A stretch of 64,000 bases of DNA from Octopus bimaculoides. Taxonomy: Eukaryota. The stretch is from positions 22,035,425-22,099,424 of the forward strand of contig NC_068985.1 in NCBI RefSeq assembly GCF_001194135.2, in the 5' to 3' direction. The position numbers and the translations under genes are program-made. Shown here piece after piece: positions 41,477 to 55,220 of this stretch (the stretch's first letter is position 1; the number at the start of each line of letters is the position of its first letter). The notes under the pieces are model-generated. The model had not been told where the DNA came from. It did not search any database and was given only the letters and a program-made list of their open reading frames with translations.

Positions 41477-42566
41477 CCATGAAACCTTATTGCTGTTCAT
41501 ATATTTTCCTTCAGGAAAATATCTTATTCCATCAAAGTGCTGTTGTTGTTTTATTGTTTATTATTACTGTTCCTTCATTCTCTGCTGTGTAATAGATTGT
41601 TTCATCTTTCCCACCCCCTTTTTTCCCTTTTCCTGTCTGTTATTTGAAGATAATTCCATATTTGCAATTCTATGATTTGTGTCTCCCCACCCTCACACCC
41701 CCATTCTTCCTCTTACAGAGATTGTGTGCAGCTGCTGAAGTTGCAGTTAAGGATATACATACAAATGTAGGGCAGCAGAGTATGTCCAGGCATTATAGTG
41801 AATACATGCAGATTAAAATTGGTGCTAAATGAATGTTATTTCATGTGTTAACAATATCAGACGAAGAGAACAGATAGACATTTAACAATGCCTATGGAAT
41901 TATGGAAAAAACAAAAAAGAAAAAGAAAACTAATGTTAAACAAATTCAAAAGAGGATTTCAGTCGAAGTAAATATAATCTATGCAAAGCTTTTATAAAGC
42001 AAAAATATAAAATTTTGAAAACACTTAGAGATGAATTCAAATAATGATTGAAAATAGAAAAATAAAACTAAATAAACAATGGATATGATAAATTATTTTA
42101 ACAATACAACACTGAAAATGTAACTGATTTTTAGTAGTTAAAACCATTTGTGATAAGCAATAAACTGTCAATGTTTCATTTTAGTAGATGTAGGAAATAA
42201 CTTGAGGTGAAAAAAAAAAAGTTTTGTAATTTATCAGATTGTTTAGATATCATCGATTCAATGTAGAATATTCTTGAGTGGTTTCTTCATTCTCTTTTCT
42301 ACATTCATATGAGGACTTGTGCTCAGCAATGTAAACTAACAAAACTTGTCAGTTATATAGTTTTCATTCTGCTTCCATCAGTATAGTTTTCGTATTTGTT
42401 GTATATATTTACAACTTAAAAGACTGAGCTATTAAGACTTAAGTGTCTTTGCCAACAGAGAACAGTGCTGGAGGAGAGAAAGAGATGAATGAACTGCTGC
42501 TTTGCCTTTTGCTTTTTTTTTTCTACAGATAGCTTTGTACATTTAATTATGTGCTCAGCAAGCAAG

Positions 42567-42647
42567 ATTTGGGATATATTTCACCATAGTCAAAGCATAT
42601 ATATATATATATATATATATATGCTTTAACTATGGTGAAATATATCC

Positions 42648-42652
<5 letters not shown>
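42567..42652. repeat. 86-bp palindrome: 30-bp arms around an (AT)n centre
   Basis: atttgggatatatttcaccatagtcaaagc-(at)n-gctttaactatggtgaaatatatcccaaat, one mismatch. Confidence 0.95.
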
Positions 42653-42681
<29 letters not shown>

Positions 42682-45600
42682 AACTGGTTTGTTAATTTAG
42701 CTTAGAAATATGTTAATAAAATAATAAATATAATCAATAAGTGAAATGAAGAAAGAAGGAAAAATATTCCAGTGAATAATTTCTGAAAATTATAATCATT
42801 AATAGCTGCAAATTAGATTTAATTTTAGAACCATAGTTTTTTATGCTTTTATGATTAAATTACTTTGAAGACATTTAATTATTTTGTTGGACTTGCTTAT
42901 ATTATTTTCACTAATTTCATTTTTTCAGTAATAAAATATTTTTGAACAGATGAAACCTTAAGAAAAATCCAAAAATTAGAAATAGCTATCAATTTCTTTT
43001 TTTTTTTTCCTAAATCGATTTTAGCATTTTCATTACTAACAGATAATTAACAATAAAATATATTTAGAAATAAATTACATTTTCAGTATTCAGAAATAAA
43101 TGTATTCTGACCAGTGGGTAGTTTAGAAATTAAAAACAGTTTGACTGGAAATCTAAAAGTAAAAATCTGTATTTCTGAACCCACAGGTTCAGAAATGCAT
43201 TTTGTTTCTAATTATATCTCAAGATAATTTAATGAATGTAATCGGTGAATTAGTTTTAAATGAAATTAGAAATTGAATTCAAGGTCTGTAAATAATTAAA
43301 TAGAATATTGCCAAGAAAAGAACTATTTGTACTTAGCAAGTAACAGTAAGACAGTTTAAGTTCAATCCTTCTGTGTGTGTGTGTGTGTAGCATGCATTTC
43401 TGTGCATGTGCATATGTGTGTGTGTGTGCCATATGCACATAAATTCTCATCTCAAATATTTAAGCATTAATTTGTTATTAAGTATTAGAATATTTTTTAA
43501 AAAATGTATTTCAGACTAATTTTGATTCCTGACATCAGTTACCAATGCACCAATGCAATGAGAAATGTAACATACCATGCAGTTTGTAACAATGATGAAT
43601 ATCAAAATAGGAAGAAAGGCAATTATCAAAATAATTAATCTCCAGATGTGGTGTATCATTGTAAAAACAGACCAATTTCTGTTGTAATACAGAATATAAC
43701 TGAGGAGTTGGTCTTAACAAGACACAGGGTATATATCAATTAACATGTACAAGCTATAATGTATTGATTGATTGACAATGTTTGACACATGTTTTGGTTA
43801 GTTTAAACTGGAAGTAATCAAACAATTCCATTTATACTCATTTATTATGATCTAAAATAAAACAGGGCAGTATTTACTTAATCATCATTTCTTTCTTTAA
43901 TGGTCAAAATGGTTCTTTTTCTGGTTTATATTCTCTTTTTCAAACAAGTACGTTTCTCACTTGAAGTAATATCTGTTCTTTTTTTTGGATATAATTTTCT
44001 ACGATTATATTAAAATTTCTTAGGAATGAATTTGTTCTCCAGATCGTGTATTATGCAAAGAAAAGGAATGGAAGTTGTAGCATCTATGCCCTTCTTGCTA
44101 AAATCAAGGACAGAAGACATTGTGGTAGACCAGTGTGCCGAGGAGTTAACTCCTATTCTATAACAATCAACGAATGCAGTGGTATTTGGTTACAAAAAAA
44201 AAAAGCAATGACATTTTGTTGTCTGATATAATTAATTTTTAAGGTAGAAAGCTGGCAGAATCATTACCACACTGGGCAAAGTGCTTAGTGACATTTCATC
44301 CATCTCTATGTACTGAGTTTTTAATTCCACTGGGAGTCAACTTTGCTTTTTATCTTTTTGGGGTGGATAAAATAAGTACCTGTTGAACACTGGGGCTGAT
44401 TTGATGTAATCGACTTACCCCCTCCCTTAAAATTGCTGGCCTTGTGCCTAAATTTGAAACCAATATTACAATTAATTTTAGTTTCTCTATTAGGTTATAA
44501 AAAACTGGTGACCCAATAAATAAGAAGAGACCGCCTCATCTGGAGATATTTTACAGCTTAATGGAGGCATTATAAAGTACTTTATTATTCTTTATTATTA
44601 AAATAATTAAGGAAGAATCAGAGAATGGTAAGTTTGTATCAAGTTGCTTTGTACATGAATCAGTATGCTATATACTGAAATAGATAAGACATTCTAAAAA
44701 TTACCAACCTGTTTTTGCAGGGGCTGTATTTTAAATATATAAGAAACAGATAAACAGTGAATACACCTTTCATAGAACAAAAATACCAAAATCAAAATAC
44801 ACTGCATCACCCATATCAGCAATTTGTATAAAATCTTTTGTAAAACTGAAAATAGCTTGGATTTTTCAAATAAATGCAAGGTATTCAAACTTTCTGAGTC
44901 CACCATATATGCTTGGCTCTACACCTCATTCCCAGTTGCCACTATCATGGAGCATTACCAAGAAATGAGGATCACATAATTCTAAAGATTATTGTAAGAT
45001 GAGAAATTTCTAAATGTGTGTTAATAAATGTGATTCCTTCTCAACCACATGGTTTGGGGTTCAGTCCCACTGCATGACACCTTGGGCAAGTATCTTTTAC
45101 TGTAGCCTCAGGTTGACCAAAACCTTGTGAGTGGATTTAGTAGATAGAAACTGAAAGAAGCCTAATGTGTATATATATATATATTATATATATATACACA
45201 TACATATATATATGTATATCTATATATGTACATATGTATGTGTGTATGAGTCTGTGTGTGTGTGTGTGTGTGTCTAGGTGTGTATGTCTTTGTGTCTGTG
45301 TTTGTCCCCCCACCTCCCATCATTTTTTGACAACTGGTGTCGGTGTGCTTATATCCCCATAACTTAGTAGTTCGGCAAAAGAAAAATAAGTCCTAGGGTT
45401 GATTTGGTCCACTAATAACCCTTCAAGGTAGTGCTCCAGCACGGCCACAGTCAAATGACTGAAACAAGTAAAAAGATTTTTAAAAAAAGAATATGAGAAA
45501 TTGCTCAAAACTGCTTTTAAAACAGTGCTGGGAAACCGGAAAACACAGTAAATTGCTTCAAGAACTACTGCTACAGATATGTGGAGTAAAGTACAGACTT

Positions 45601-48600
45601 CAGCAAATAATATAGAAAGAAATATTGAAGTAAACATGGTATATGTAAGAAAAGTAAGAAATAATGTCTTTCAAAGGTAGGAAGAGCTTATGCAAACATT
45701 AAAACAACTTTTCACCCATGTAAAGTAGATAGTTTCATAAGAAACCAGCTATTCACACAAAATAAATACAGTATAAAAAAATCAATATCAGACACTCGAT
45801 GAACAAATATATATTTAAAAAATATATCATTAATTTTATGACTGTAATTATCATCTTTATGTATGGCTTTATCAGTAGGAACCAGAAGATACAAAACATG
45901 CTGAATATTAAAGTAAATTTAACATAATTTAGCATGTAAATTAGTGTGCCAATTTTCAATTGAGCAGAAAATATGTAAAAAGTGTTTTTAAAAATTTAAG
46001 CTATCAAAAATAAACATAAAGAGCTTTATATATAGATGAATACCACAGTTTCACAATAAATTAATACTGAGAATATACACTTTTGGACTTTATAATTCCT
46101 ATATATTAAAAGAGCAACTCTTTGTATAATCTAAACAAAATTAGTTACCTCAGATAGAATAACTTTGAAAATTATAAAGAACTACCCACTACACCTGACA
46201 TTTAAACAAGTCTAATAATTATTGATTATAATATTTATCATATTTAAGGTGGAGAGCTGGCAGAATTATTAGCATTTCAGGCAGAATGCTTACTGACATT
46301 TCATCTGTCTTTATGTTCTGAGTTCAAATTCCACCGAGGTGGACTTTGCCTTTCATCCTTTTGCGGGGTTAATAAAATAAGTACCAGATGAGCACTGGAG
46401 TTGATTTAATTGACTTAACCTCCTCCCTCCAAACTGCTGGCCTTGTGCCAAAATCTGAAACTAATGAGTTGGCAGAATCATTGGCATGCCAGGCTAAATG
46501 CTTAGCAACATTTTGTTTGCCTTTATGATCTGAGTTTAAATTCTGCCAAGGTAGATTTTGCCTTGCACCTTTTCAGGGTCGATAAAATAAGTACTAGCTA
46601 ACTTTCACCCTCCCTTGAAATTGCTGGCTTTGTGCCAAAATTCGAAACCAATATTTATCATACATAATCATTAATATTTTCTTTTCTCTTCATATGAAAC
46701 TGAAGTATTAATATAATATTGTAAACTTACAACAACCAAGAAAAGGGAGGGAAAATGAAAGATTAAACATTATGTTTCCAAGGGATTCCATATAGCTATG
46801 TGACCTACTTAAATACAGTGGCTAATACACTTGCAGTTGTCTTTCAAATAGGAGCTAAATGCTTTAAGAAATACATCTTAGGACAAGCATTCTTAAAATT
46901 AAGACAGGATGACCTCAGTTAGAGACAGTCCAAAGGACAGTTTTAGCCTAAACTGTCAAACAAGATTTCTCATATCTACTTATCTGAGGTGCTGAGCTTG
47001 TGGATTGCCTTTAAGGCATTCTTTGCAGAGATGACCTACGATAATCAACAACAACAATCTCTTAAACATCATTTTTACTGTTAAGATCAAGTGAAAGTCA
47101 CATTTTTTTGTGTTATTTAGGCAGCACATAGGGGCAATGAGTATAATAAAATCTCAATTACAAAATTGGGTTGAACTTCCTATTTTGCTGATTGTACTCT
47201 TTGACTATCTTTATCAAACTGAATCAATGACTTGTATAGAATCTTTGACTTAACAAACTTGTCTCAAACAAGGATGGTAAATACCTACGGAAGCTGGGTA
47301 ATGTTGATGATAACAATGATGACAGTGAAGGCAATAATATCTATAACAACAAGAATGATGATAATATGGGGGTGCAGATAGTGGTAGTCATGGTGGGGTA
47401 GTGGTAACAACAACAGTGATGGTCACTAGCAATGATACTGATAATAGTAGCAGTGGTGGTGGTGGTGGTGGCTGCAATAGCAGCGGTGGTGGCTGCAATG
47501 GTATTGATAGTGGCAGTGGCAGCAGCAGCAGTGATGGTAGTGGCACCAGCAGGAGTGGTGGTGGTGGTGGTGCTAGAAGCAGCAGTGAATATATTGTGAC
47601 AGATAATGCCGGGAATGGTGATGGTGGCGATGTGACCTTCCACTGAACAGGCACAGCTCTTAGATGTAAAATTTAATACATAAATTTTTATGTGTTTTCA
47701 GACCATAAAATATGTATATATTGTCCCACCACTATAAACCACCCACCCCAATGCACATGCACACACACACACATTTTCATTTTTTATATTTCTTCACATA
47801 TGACATGCTTCTGGAAATATCCAAGTTTCTAAACAGAGAGATATTTCGATATTTCATTGCAAACTTTTATAGAAGAAAAGGACCATAACGTATAAATATT
47901 CTTCATAAAGTATAACAAATATCCCACCCGCTTTTGAGTGGGGAAGGCTATGAAAACACTTCTTTTGTCAAAGGGGGTCTCCAGAAGTTTCCTCAACCAT
48001 TACTGAGCATGATCATTGTGTTGGGTTACTTTTTCCCTCTATGAGACTTGATAATGTCCCCATAAATCATATGAATGCAGTTTTATAATGTAGAGAGTAT
48101 AAAACACATTTCTAAAGATTTTTATGAACTCAGGGTAGGAAAGAGGTTAAACTTAAGTGAACACATGACAATGGAGACCAATAAGATAGGAACAAAATAT
48201 CTGAATACTTTTAAATAATCAAGTGCCAACTTTGAATCCATTTTTTTAAAACTTCCAAGTGTCAAATATTGGAATAATAAAGACATGCAAATATTCCAAG
48301 GGAACAGTGCTTACAATGGATCTGCCACTAATTTAGTATGTTTTATACATACATACAAAGATACATACATACATGGATACATACACACATGGATACATAC
48401 ATATATATATAAGTATATGTAAGTATTTGAAGAATTTGAAATGGCCATATTCAAATAATGTTTTATGCTCTTCAATTGCTCCCAACAGTTTGATATTGCA
48501 ATTGGACAATTCCACATTTGTAGAAATTTATCAAAGAGCTGCATTTTTGTGCAATTGTTAAATTCCTTTTGATAAATGCAATATAAAAAATACTTTATTT

Positions 48601-49708
48601 GCTTCTATAAGGTTTTATTTCTTATTTTGCTATATGCTGCATGGTTTCTTTCTATGTATGCCATGATTACTATAATTATATAATAAACAATCTGAAATAC
48701 TGGTTGAAGAAGAGAAATGCTTCTCAGAGCAATAGAATTTAATGACAATGGTGGGGCTGGGGTAGTGATGATGGTGATGGTCGTCGTGGTGATGGTCGTC
48801 GTGGTGATGGCAACAGTGGAAATGGTAGCATTCAATGAAGATAAAAAGACGTACACAAAGACATTATTGAAAGAACTAAAAGAAGTGTGTAATATCAGAG
48901 AAGAGCATTAGCAGAAATGAATTATAAGACAAAAGTAGAAGATTATGCAAGAGAGAAGAGCTTTTAGCAGAAAGACGAGAAACTTGCAGCAAAAATAATG
49001 AAGTGAAAGGAATTAGATAATAAAAAAAGAACATATGATAGACAGCAAAAGAAGCAACATATTGAATGTGTCCAAAAAAGATTGATGATAGATAAAATAA
49101 AGAATGCACAGGAAGAATATTTGAATAAATTCCAAGCCTGAATATATACTGAAATAAACGTGTGTGGTACTTAAAATGAAATTTAATTTGTACAGTTTAT
49201 TCAGCAGAAAGTATAAATTTAAATTCGTATTGGGAATGTAAATATAGAGGCTTTCTTGAGCCAAAAGAATCCACATCATGATAAAAAAAAACAAAAAAAA
49301 AACATAAATGAATAAATAACAAAGAAACCTGGAACTGACAAATAGTTTGTGTAAACAATTTAATCAGTTAAATTATAAATGACAGCATTTATAATGGCAG
49401 AAAGAGATATTAAAATTCCCGAGTGAAAAGCAAAACAACTAATAATAATAATAATAATAATAACAATAATAATAATAATAATAAAAATAATGGCTTCAAA
49501 TTTTGGCACAAAACCAGCAATTTCAGTGGGGGAGGGGGAAGAATAAGTAGAGTACATTGATCTCAGTTTTCAACTCCTACTTATTTTATTGACCCTGAAA
49601 GGATAAAAGGCAAAGTCAACCTTGGCAGCATTTGAACTCAATGTAAACTTGGAAGAATTGCAGCTAAACACTTTTACCAGCACAGTAGCGATTCTGCCAG
49701 CTTGCTGG

Positions 49709-50077
49709 GACAACCAAGAGTGCCTAATACATGATGTGGCAATGCCAAGAGATCAACATATCATCATGAAAAGTTAATAAATATGGAGATTTGAGAACTG
49801 AGATCACTAAGATGTGGCAGCTACGAAAGTCAGATATAAAGGTTATCCCTATTGTCACTGGAGCATTGGGTTCAATACCACCCAGTCTCAGAAAACATCT
49901 GAAAACCTTAGAAATACCCTACAATCTAGATGTATTGCAAAAGTTGGCATCACTTGGAACTGCATGTATACTGTCTGCCTGAGGTTCTTGTTGTGACTTG
50001 ACAAACAGTACAAACCCCTGGTAGACACAATATCTTCAATCAACAACCTCATGATATTGTATACTGTGCGACATCTA
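49709..50077 (+). mobile_element. 3' fragment of an R4/Dong-like (restriction-like endonuclease) non-LTR retrotransposon
   Basis: CLIHDVAMPRDQHII..KYGDLRTEITKMWQLRKSDIKVIPIVTGALGSIP..LQKLASLGTACIL, then a short 3' UTR and a (TAA)n tail at 50078-50134. Confidence 0.85.
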
Positions 50078-50102
50078 CTATAATAATAATAATAATAATA
50101 AC

Positions 50103-50134
<32 letters not shown>

Positions 50135-50136
<2 letters not shown>

Positions 50137-50410
50137 TCGTTTTATTGGCCACAAGGGCTAATATCAATTAAAAACATGTAAGGACAAAGACAGGACGAAG
50201 GTTACAAAAGGTTTTGTCCGAAAAGGTAGGAAAGTTCGTCTAAACAGAGGAAGAAAACGGAATAAGATATAACAAATAAATAGATAAATAAATAAATAAA
50301 TAGAACTCCCAAAGGGGGAGGCGCTTCGAAAAAGGAAAGGTTACACGTGGAAAAACCCATAAAACCATGGGAGCCTGGTCAGAAAAAATAAGAAAGGGGT
50401 ATAGAGCCCT
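50135..50410 (-). mobile_element. Probable LINE 3' end, tail-to-tail with the Dong fragment
   Basis: Non-SINE, pyrimidine-rich minus-strand sequence ending in aataaaacgaat+(TTA)n. A similar arrangement occurs at 40167-40440. Family not identified. Confidence 0.35.
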
Positions 50411-50645
50411 TTCTCCTAATAATAATAATGGTTTCAAATTTTGGTACAAAGCCATCAGTTTTAAGGGATGGGATAAGTTGATTACATCAACCCCCATGCT
50501 CAGCTGATACTTTATGTCATTGACACGAAAAGGGGGAAAGGCAAAGATGACATTGGTGAGGTTTGAACTTAGAACATAAAGCATTGAAGGAAATGCTATT
50601 AAGCATTTTGTTTGATGTGCTAATGATTCTGCCTGCATACAACCT

Positions 50646-50646
<1 letters not shown>

Positions 50647-50688
<42 letters not shown>

Positions 50689-50693
50689 TGATG

Positions 50694-50776
<83 letters not shown>
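50647..50776. repeat. (AAT)n microsatellite with GAT interruptions
   Basis: Direct reading. Confidence 0.95.
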
Positions 50777-50777
<1 letters not shown>

Positions 50778-50778
<1 letters not shown>

Positions 50779-51110
50779 CAGCGTCGCCTTACTGGCATTT
50801 GTGCCGGTGGCACATGAAAAAACATTCAAGCTAGGTTGTTGCCAGTGCCACTGGACTGGCACCTGTGCAGGTGGCACGTAAAAAACACCATTTTGAGTGT
50901 GGCCGTTACCAGTACCGCTTGACTGGCCCTTGTGCCAGTGGCACGTAAAAGCACCCACTACACTCTCGGAGTGGTTGGCGTTAGGAAGGGCATCCAGCTG
51001 TAGAAACTCTGCCAGATCAGATTGGAGCCTGGTGCAGCCATCTGGTTTCACTAGTCCTCAGTCAAATCGTCCAACCCATGCTAGCATGGAAAGCGGACGT
51101 TAAACAATGA
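50778..51110 (+). mobile_element. SINE-like family C copy inside a (TAA)n array
   Basis: Near-identical to 8519-8877, with (TAA)n on both sides. Confidence 0.9.
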
Positions 51111-51122
51111 ATAATAATAATA

Positions 51123-51153
<31 letters not shown>

Positions 51154-51386
51154 TCTTTTCTACAAAAGACACAAGGGGGGAGGGGACTAGTTGATTACAT
51201 CAGCCCCAGTGTTCCACTAGTACTTAATATGTAGACCCCGAAAGGATGAAGGTCAAAGCCGACCTCAGTGGAATTTGAATAATAAGAGCACCACAACAAA
51301 CCACAGCATATACCCAAGGCACATAGAGCTGCACTAGGCAGTGCAGTGAAAGTATGTGATAAAAATAAAGACTACTGAATAATAAC

Positions 51387-51457
<71 letters not shown>

Positions 51458-51646
51458 TGATGATAATAATGAAAATAATAATCCTTTCTGAAATTTTGCG
51501 GGAGAGGACTAGTCAATTACATCAAATTTCACCCCAAAAGGATGAAAGGCAAAGTCAACCTCGGTGGAATTCGAACTCAGAATGTAGCAACAGGCAAAAT
51601 ATTGCTAAGCATTTCATCCAGGGTGCTAGTAACTCTGCCAGCTCAT

Positions 51647-51680
<34 letters not shown>

Positions 51681-52670
51681 GTCTGAAATTTTGGCACAAG
51701 GCCAGCAATTTCGGGAGAAGGAGTAAGTTGATTACATCGACCCCTGTGCTCAGCTGCCACTTATTTTCTTTTCTACTCTAGGCACAAGGCTCGAAATTTA
51801 TGGGGAGGGAGCCAGTCAATTAGATTGACCCCAGTACGCAACTGGTACTTAATTTATCAATCCCGAAAGTCAAAGTTGACCTCGGTGGAATTTGAACTCA
51901 GAACATAAAGACAGACGATATACCATTAAGCATTTCGCCTGGCGTGCTAACGTTTCTGCCAGCTCGCCGCCTTATTTTATCAACCTTGAAAGGAAGAAAG
52001 GTAATGTTGACTCCAACAGAATTTGAACTCAAAAAATGTGAAGCCAGAAGAAATGCCACTAAGCATCCTTGTGCCTAACTAATTTTTTTTTTGCAGCCTT
52101 TAGCCCTGCAATAAGTTTGTTACATTCTATCTTTTTTTCTTTCATACCAAACAAAAACAGCCACTAGTAGCCAGCATGTATCTATTTCTGGTGATACATC
52201 GACCGCCTTTATTTTTAAGGACGAGTTTGTCATTCTTTAGCAAGTGTTACAGAGTATTTCTTGACTTCATCTATCATCAGAAAGCTCACCTCTACCATGC
52301 CAAACATTTTTCCTTGAGCAACATATGTTTTGCTGTTTCAGATTGATTTAACACACTTCCAAAATTTGGTCTTACATCACTTGATCCACTTACATTATAT
52401 AACATGTAATACATTTTTTGAGTGACCTCTTCGACCTGTTGCAATATGCTTAAGGAAACTGTTCTTCCATTCTTATGAAATAAATATTTGGCATTTTTCA
52501 AATCTTGTGGCAATAAAAAAAAACTGATGGTCTCATTTAAACAGTATTAGTAAAACTGTTAACAGTTGTTTGCTAGCCATAGCTATTAATGATGTCAGTG
52601 TCAATGGTGGTGGTGGTGGTGGTGGTGGTGGTAGTTGTATTGACAGTATTTGTAGGTGTGTTGTTACTCC

Positions 52671-52878
52671 TACTCTTATGCTTTACTTGTTTCAGTCATT
52701 TGACTGCGGCCATGCTGGAGCACCACCTTTAGTCAAGCAAATTGACCCCAGGATTTATTCTTTGTAAGCCAAGTACTTATTCTATTGGTCTCTTTTGCTG
52801 AACCGCTAAGTTACGGGAGCGTAAACACACCAGCATTGGTTGTCAAGCGATGTTGGAGGGACAAACACTGACACACAA

Positions 52879-52915
<37 letters not shown>

Positions 52916-53079
52916 CGACGGGCTTCTTTTCAGTTTCTGTCTACCAAATCCACTCACAAGGCTTTGGTCGGCCCGAGGCTATAGTAGAAGACACTTCCCC
53001 AAGGTGTCATGCTGTGGGACTGAACCCGGAACCATGTGGTTGGTAAGCAAGCTACTTACCACACAGCCACTCCTGCACC
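52671..53079 (-). mobile_element. SINE family A, full copy
   Basis: Reverse complement of 54832-55220. Confidence 0.9.
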
Positions 53080-53379
53080 AGTTAACTTTTTTTAATTTCC
53101 ATTGTTGTCGTTATCTTGTCGTTATTAATGTTGCTTTTTACTTTTTGTCATCATTATAATTATGTTGCTGTTGTCGCAATTTATTGAAAAAGTGGTCACA
53201 GTGGTGTTGGGTGATAACAGTGATGTCACTGTTACCACCCATTCTTTTGTTGTTGTTGTTGTTGTCTCTGTTAGTATTGGTGGTGATGCTTTAGCTGAAG
53301 ATAGGAAAGCTAATGTCAAAACTGCTATCCCAAACACTATTTAACTCTCTATAGAATTCTTTGAAAAATTTCAACATCG

Positions 53380-53411
<32 letters not shown>

Positions 53412-54495
53412 CATTTTTTTAATGAGTAAGTTACAGAAAAAAAAAATTAACAAATTCCACCTTAAAGGATGAGAACAAAACAAGTGACCAGTTACTCAGG
53501 ATCCTGGTCAATTCAGTAACAACACAGAACAAACATTTTTAAACACAGAAGGCCTTCGTGCGGGTGATACGTAAAAGCACCCACTACACTCTCGGAGTGG
53601 CTGGCGTTAGGAAGGGCATCCACCTGTAGAAACTCTGCCAAATCAGATTGGAGCCTGGTGCAGCCATCTGGTTCACCAGTCCTCAGTCAAATCGTCCAAC
53701 CCATGCTAGCATGGAAAGCGGACGTTCAACGATGATGATGATGATGATGAGAATATTAAAATGCAGCTAAAACAAGACTTATAAATGATCTGAACTGGTG
53801 TTTGGCCAATACAAAAACAAAAATATACAAAATATAAAATACAAAGGACAACAACAGAAATAAAAGCACGTTTTTGCTCCTACAAAAAGTAATAATAAAA
53901 GTAGACTCAATGACATTTAGCCAGTATGCAGCCCACTGAATCCTTTGGCAAATAACAAAAGAACCTAGTTAGTAATATAGCTATCAACAAAGCTATGTCC
54001 TGCCTTTATTCTATGCTATATAACCTAATTAATTACAACTGTTTACTTTGAAAGGCAACACTATACACCAAATTTAATCTTGTCTACTTCTGAATCCTAA
54101 CTAATAACACTATATGACATCAAACTAATATCCATTTTTTAAAAAGGTGTAAGATTTGGAATTTATAGAAGGAAAAAATTGAAATATTAATGAGTTTTTC
54201 TCACCCAAGGGTATTAGCAACGTAAGCAATATCACCAAATTTTAACTATTACCACCATGTTAAAATCTACTTCAAATATCATATTTAATGAGACAGAGTT
54301 AAAGAAGATAAAATATTGAATAAATAACTGAATATTTACATGCAGGTGCATGTTAATAATTTTAAGCCAAGTATTGACAGAGCTATAAAAAGTGAAAGTC
54401 TACAATTTAGTTATTTATTCTGTCATTGGTTCCAAACATTGGACTATGGTCATGCAGAGGCATTACCTTCAAAGAAAAAGTTGGATTATACAGAC

Positions 54496-54743
54496 CAGTG
54501 GTTCTCAATCAGGGTCTACATGACCCTTGGGGTTGCATATAAAATTTTGTTGTTAAAATTTATGAGCAATAAATTGGTTATACATTTACAATACACAAAA
54601 ATATTTTAACAATTTTTTTATACAATTCTTAATAATATTACATAAAAATAAAATAGGACTTTTTTTCTAAAAATTGAATGGCTGCAAGGGTCCACGTGAG
54701 TAAAATAGGACTCCATAGGTTAAAAAATGGTTCAGAACCACTG
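54496..54743. mobile_element. hAT MITE, same family, uninterrupted (248 bp)
   Basis: TIR cagtggttctcaa / ttcagaaccactg. 8-bp TSD ATACAGAC/CTACAGAC. Interior similar to 20023-20678. Confidence 0.85.
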
Positions 54744-54831
54744 CTACAGACCATTAGTACTTGGCCAGTACTCATTTTATTAACCTAAGGCAAAGTCAAT
54801 CTGAGTAAGATTTGAATTCAGAAAGCAAGGA

Positions 54832-55220
54832 GGCATAGGAGTGGCTGTGTGGTAAGTAGCTTGCTTACCAGCCACATGATTCCGGGTTCAGTCCCACTAT
54901 AGCCTCAGGCCGACCAAAGCCTTGTGAGTGGATTTGGTAGACGGAAACTGAAAGAAGCCTGTCATATATGTGTATATATATATATGTGTGTGTGTATGTG
55001 TGTGTATATGTTTGTGTGTCTGTGTTTGTCCCCCAAACATCGCTTGACAACCGATGCTGGTGTGTTTACGTTCCCGTAACCTAGCGGTTCAGCATAAGAG
55101 ACTGATAGAATAAGTACTAGGCTTCCAAAGAATAAGTCCTGGGCTCAATTTGCTCGACTAAAGGCGGTGCTCCAGCATGGCCACAGTCAAATGACTGAAA
55201 CAAGTAAAAGAGTAAAAGAG
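54832..55220 (+). mobile_element. tRNA-headed SINE family A, full copy (~390 bp, central TA/TG microsatellite, gagtaaaa tail)
   Basis: A-box-like TGGCTGTGTGG, B-box-like GGTTCAGTCC, and near-identity to other copies in the window. Confidence 0.9.

Noticed and set aside
47341-47654. Gly/Ser-rich or Thr/Ala-rich ORFs on both strands
   Set aside because: Degenerate GGT/GCA/GAT trinucleotide tract, with no splice context or recognisable domain.
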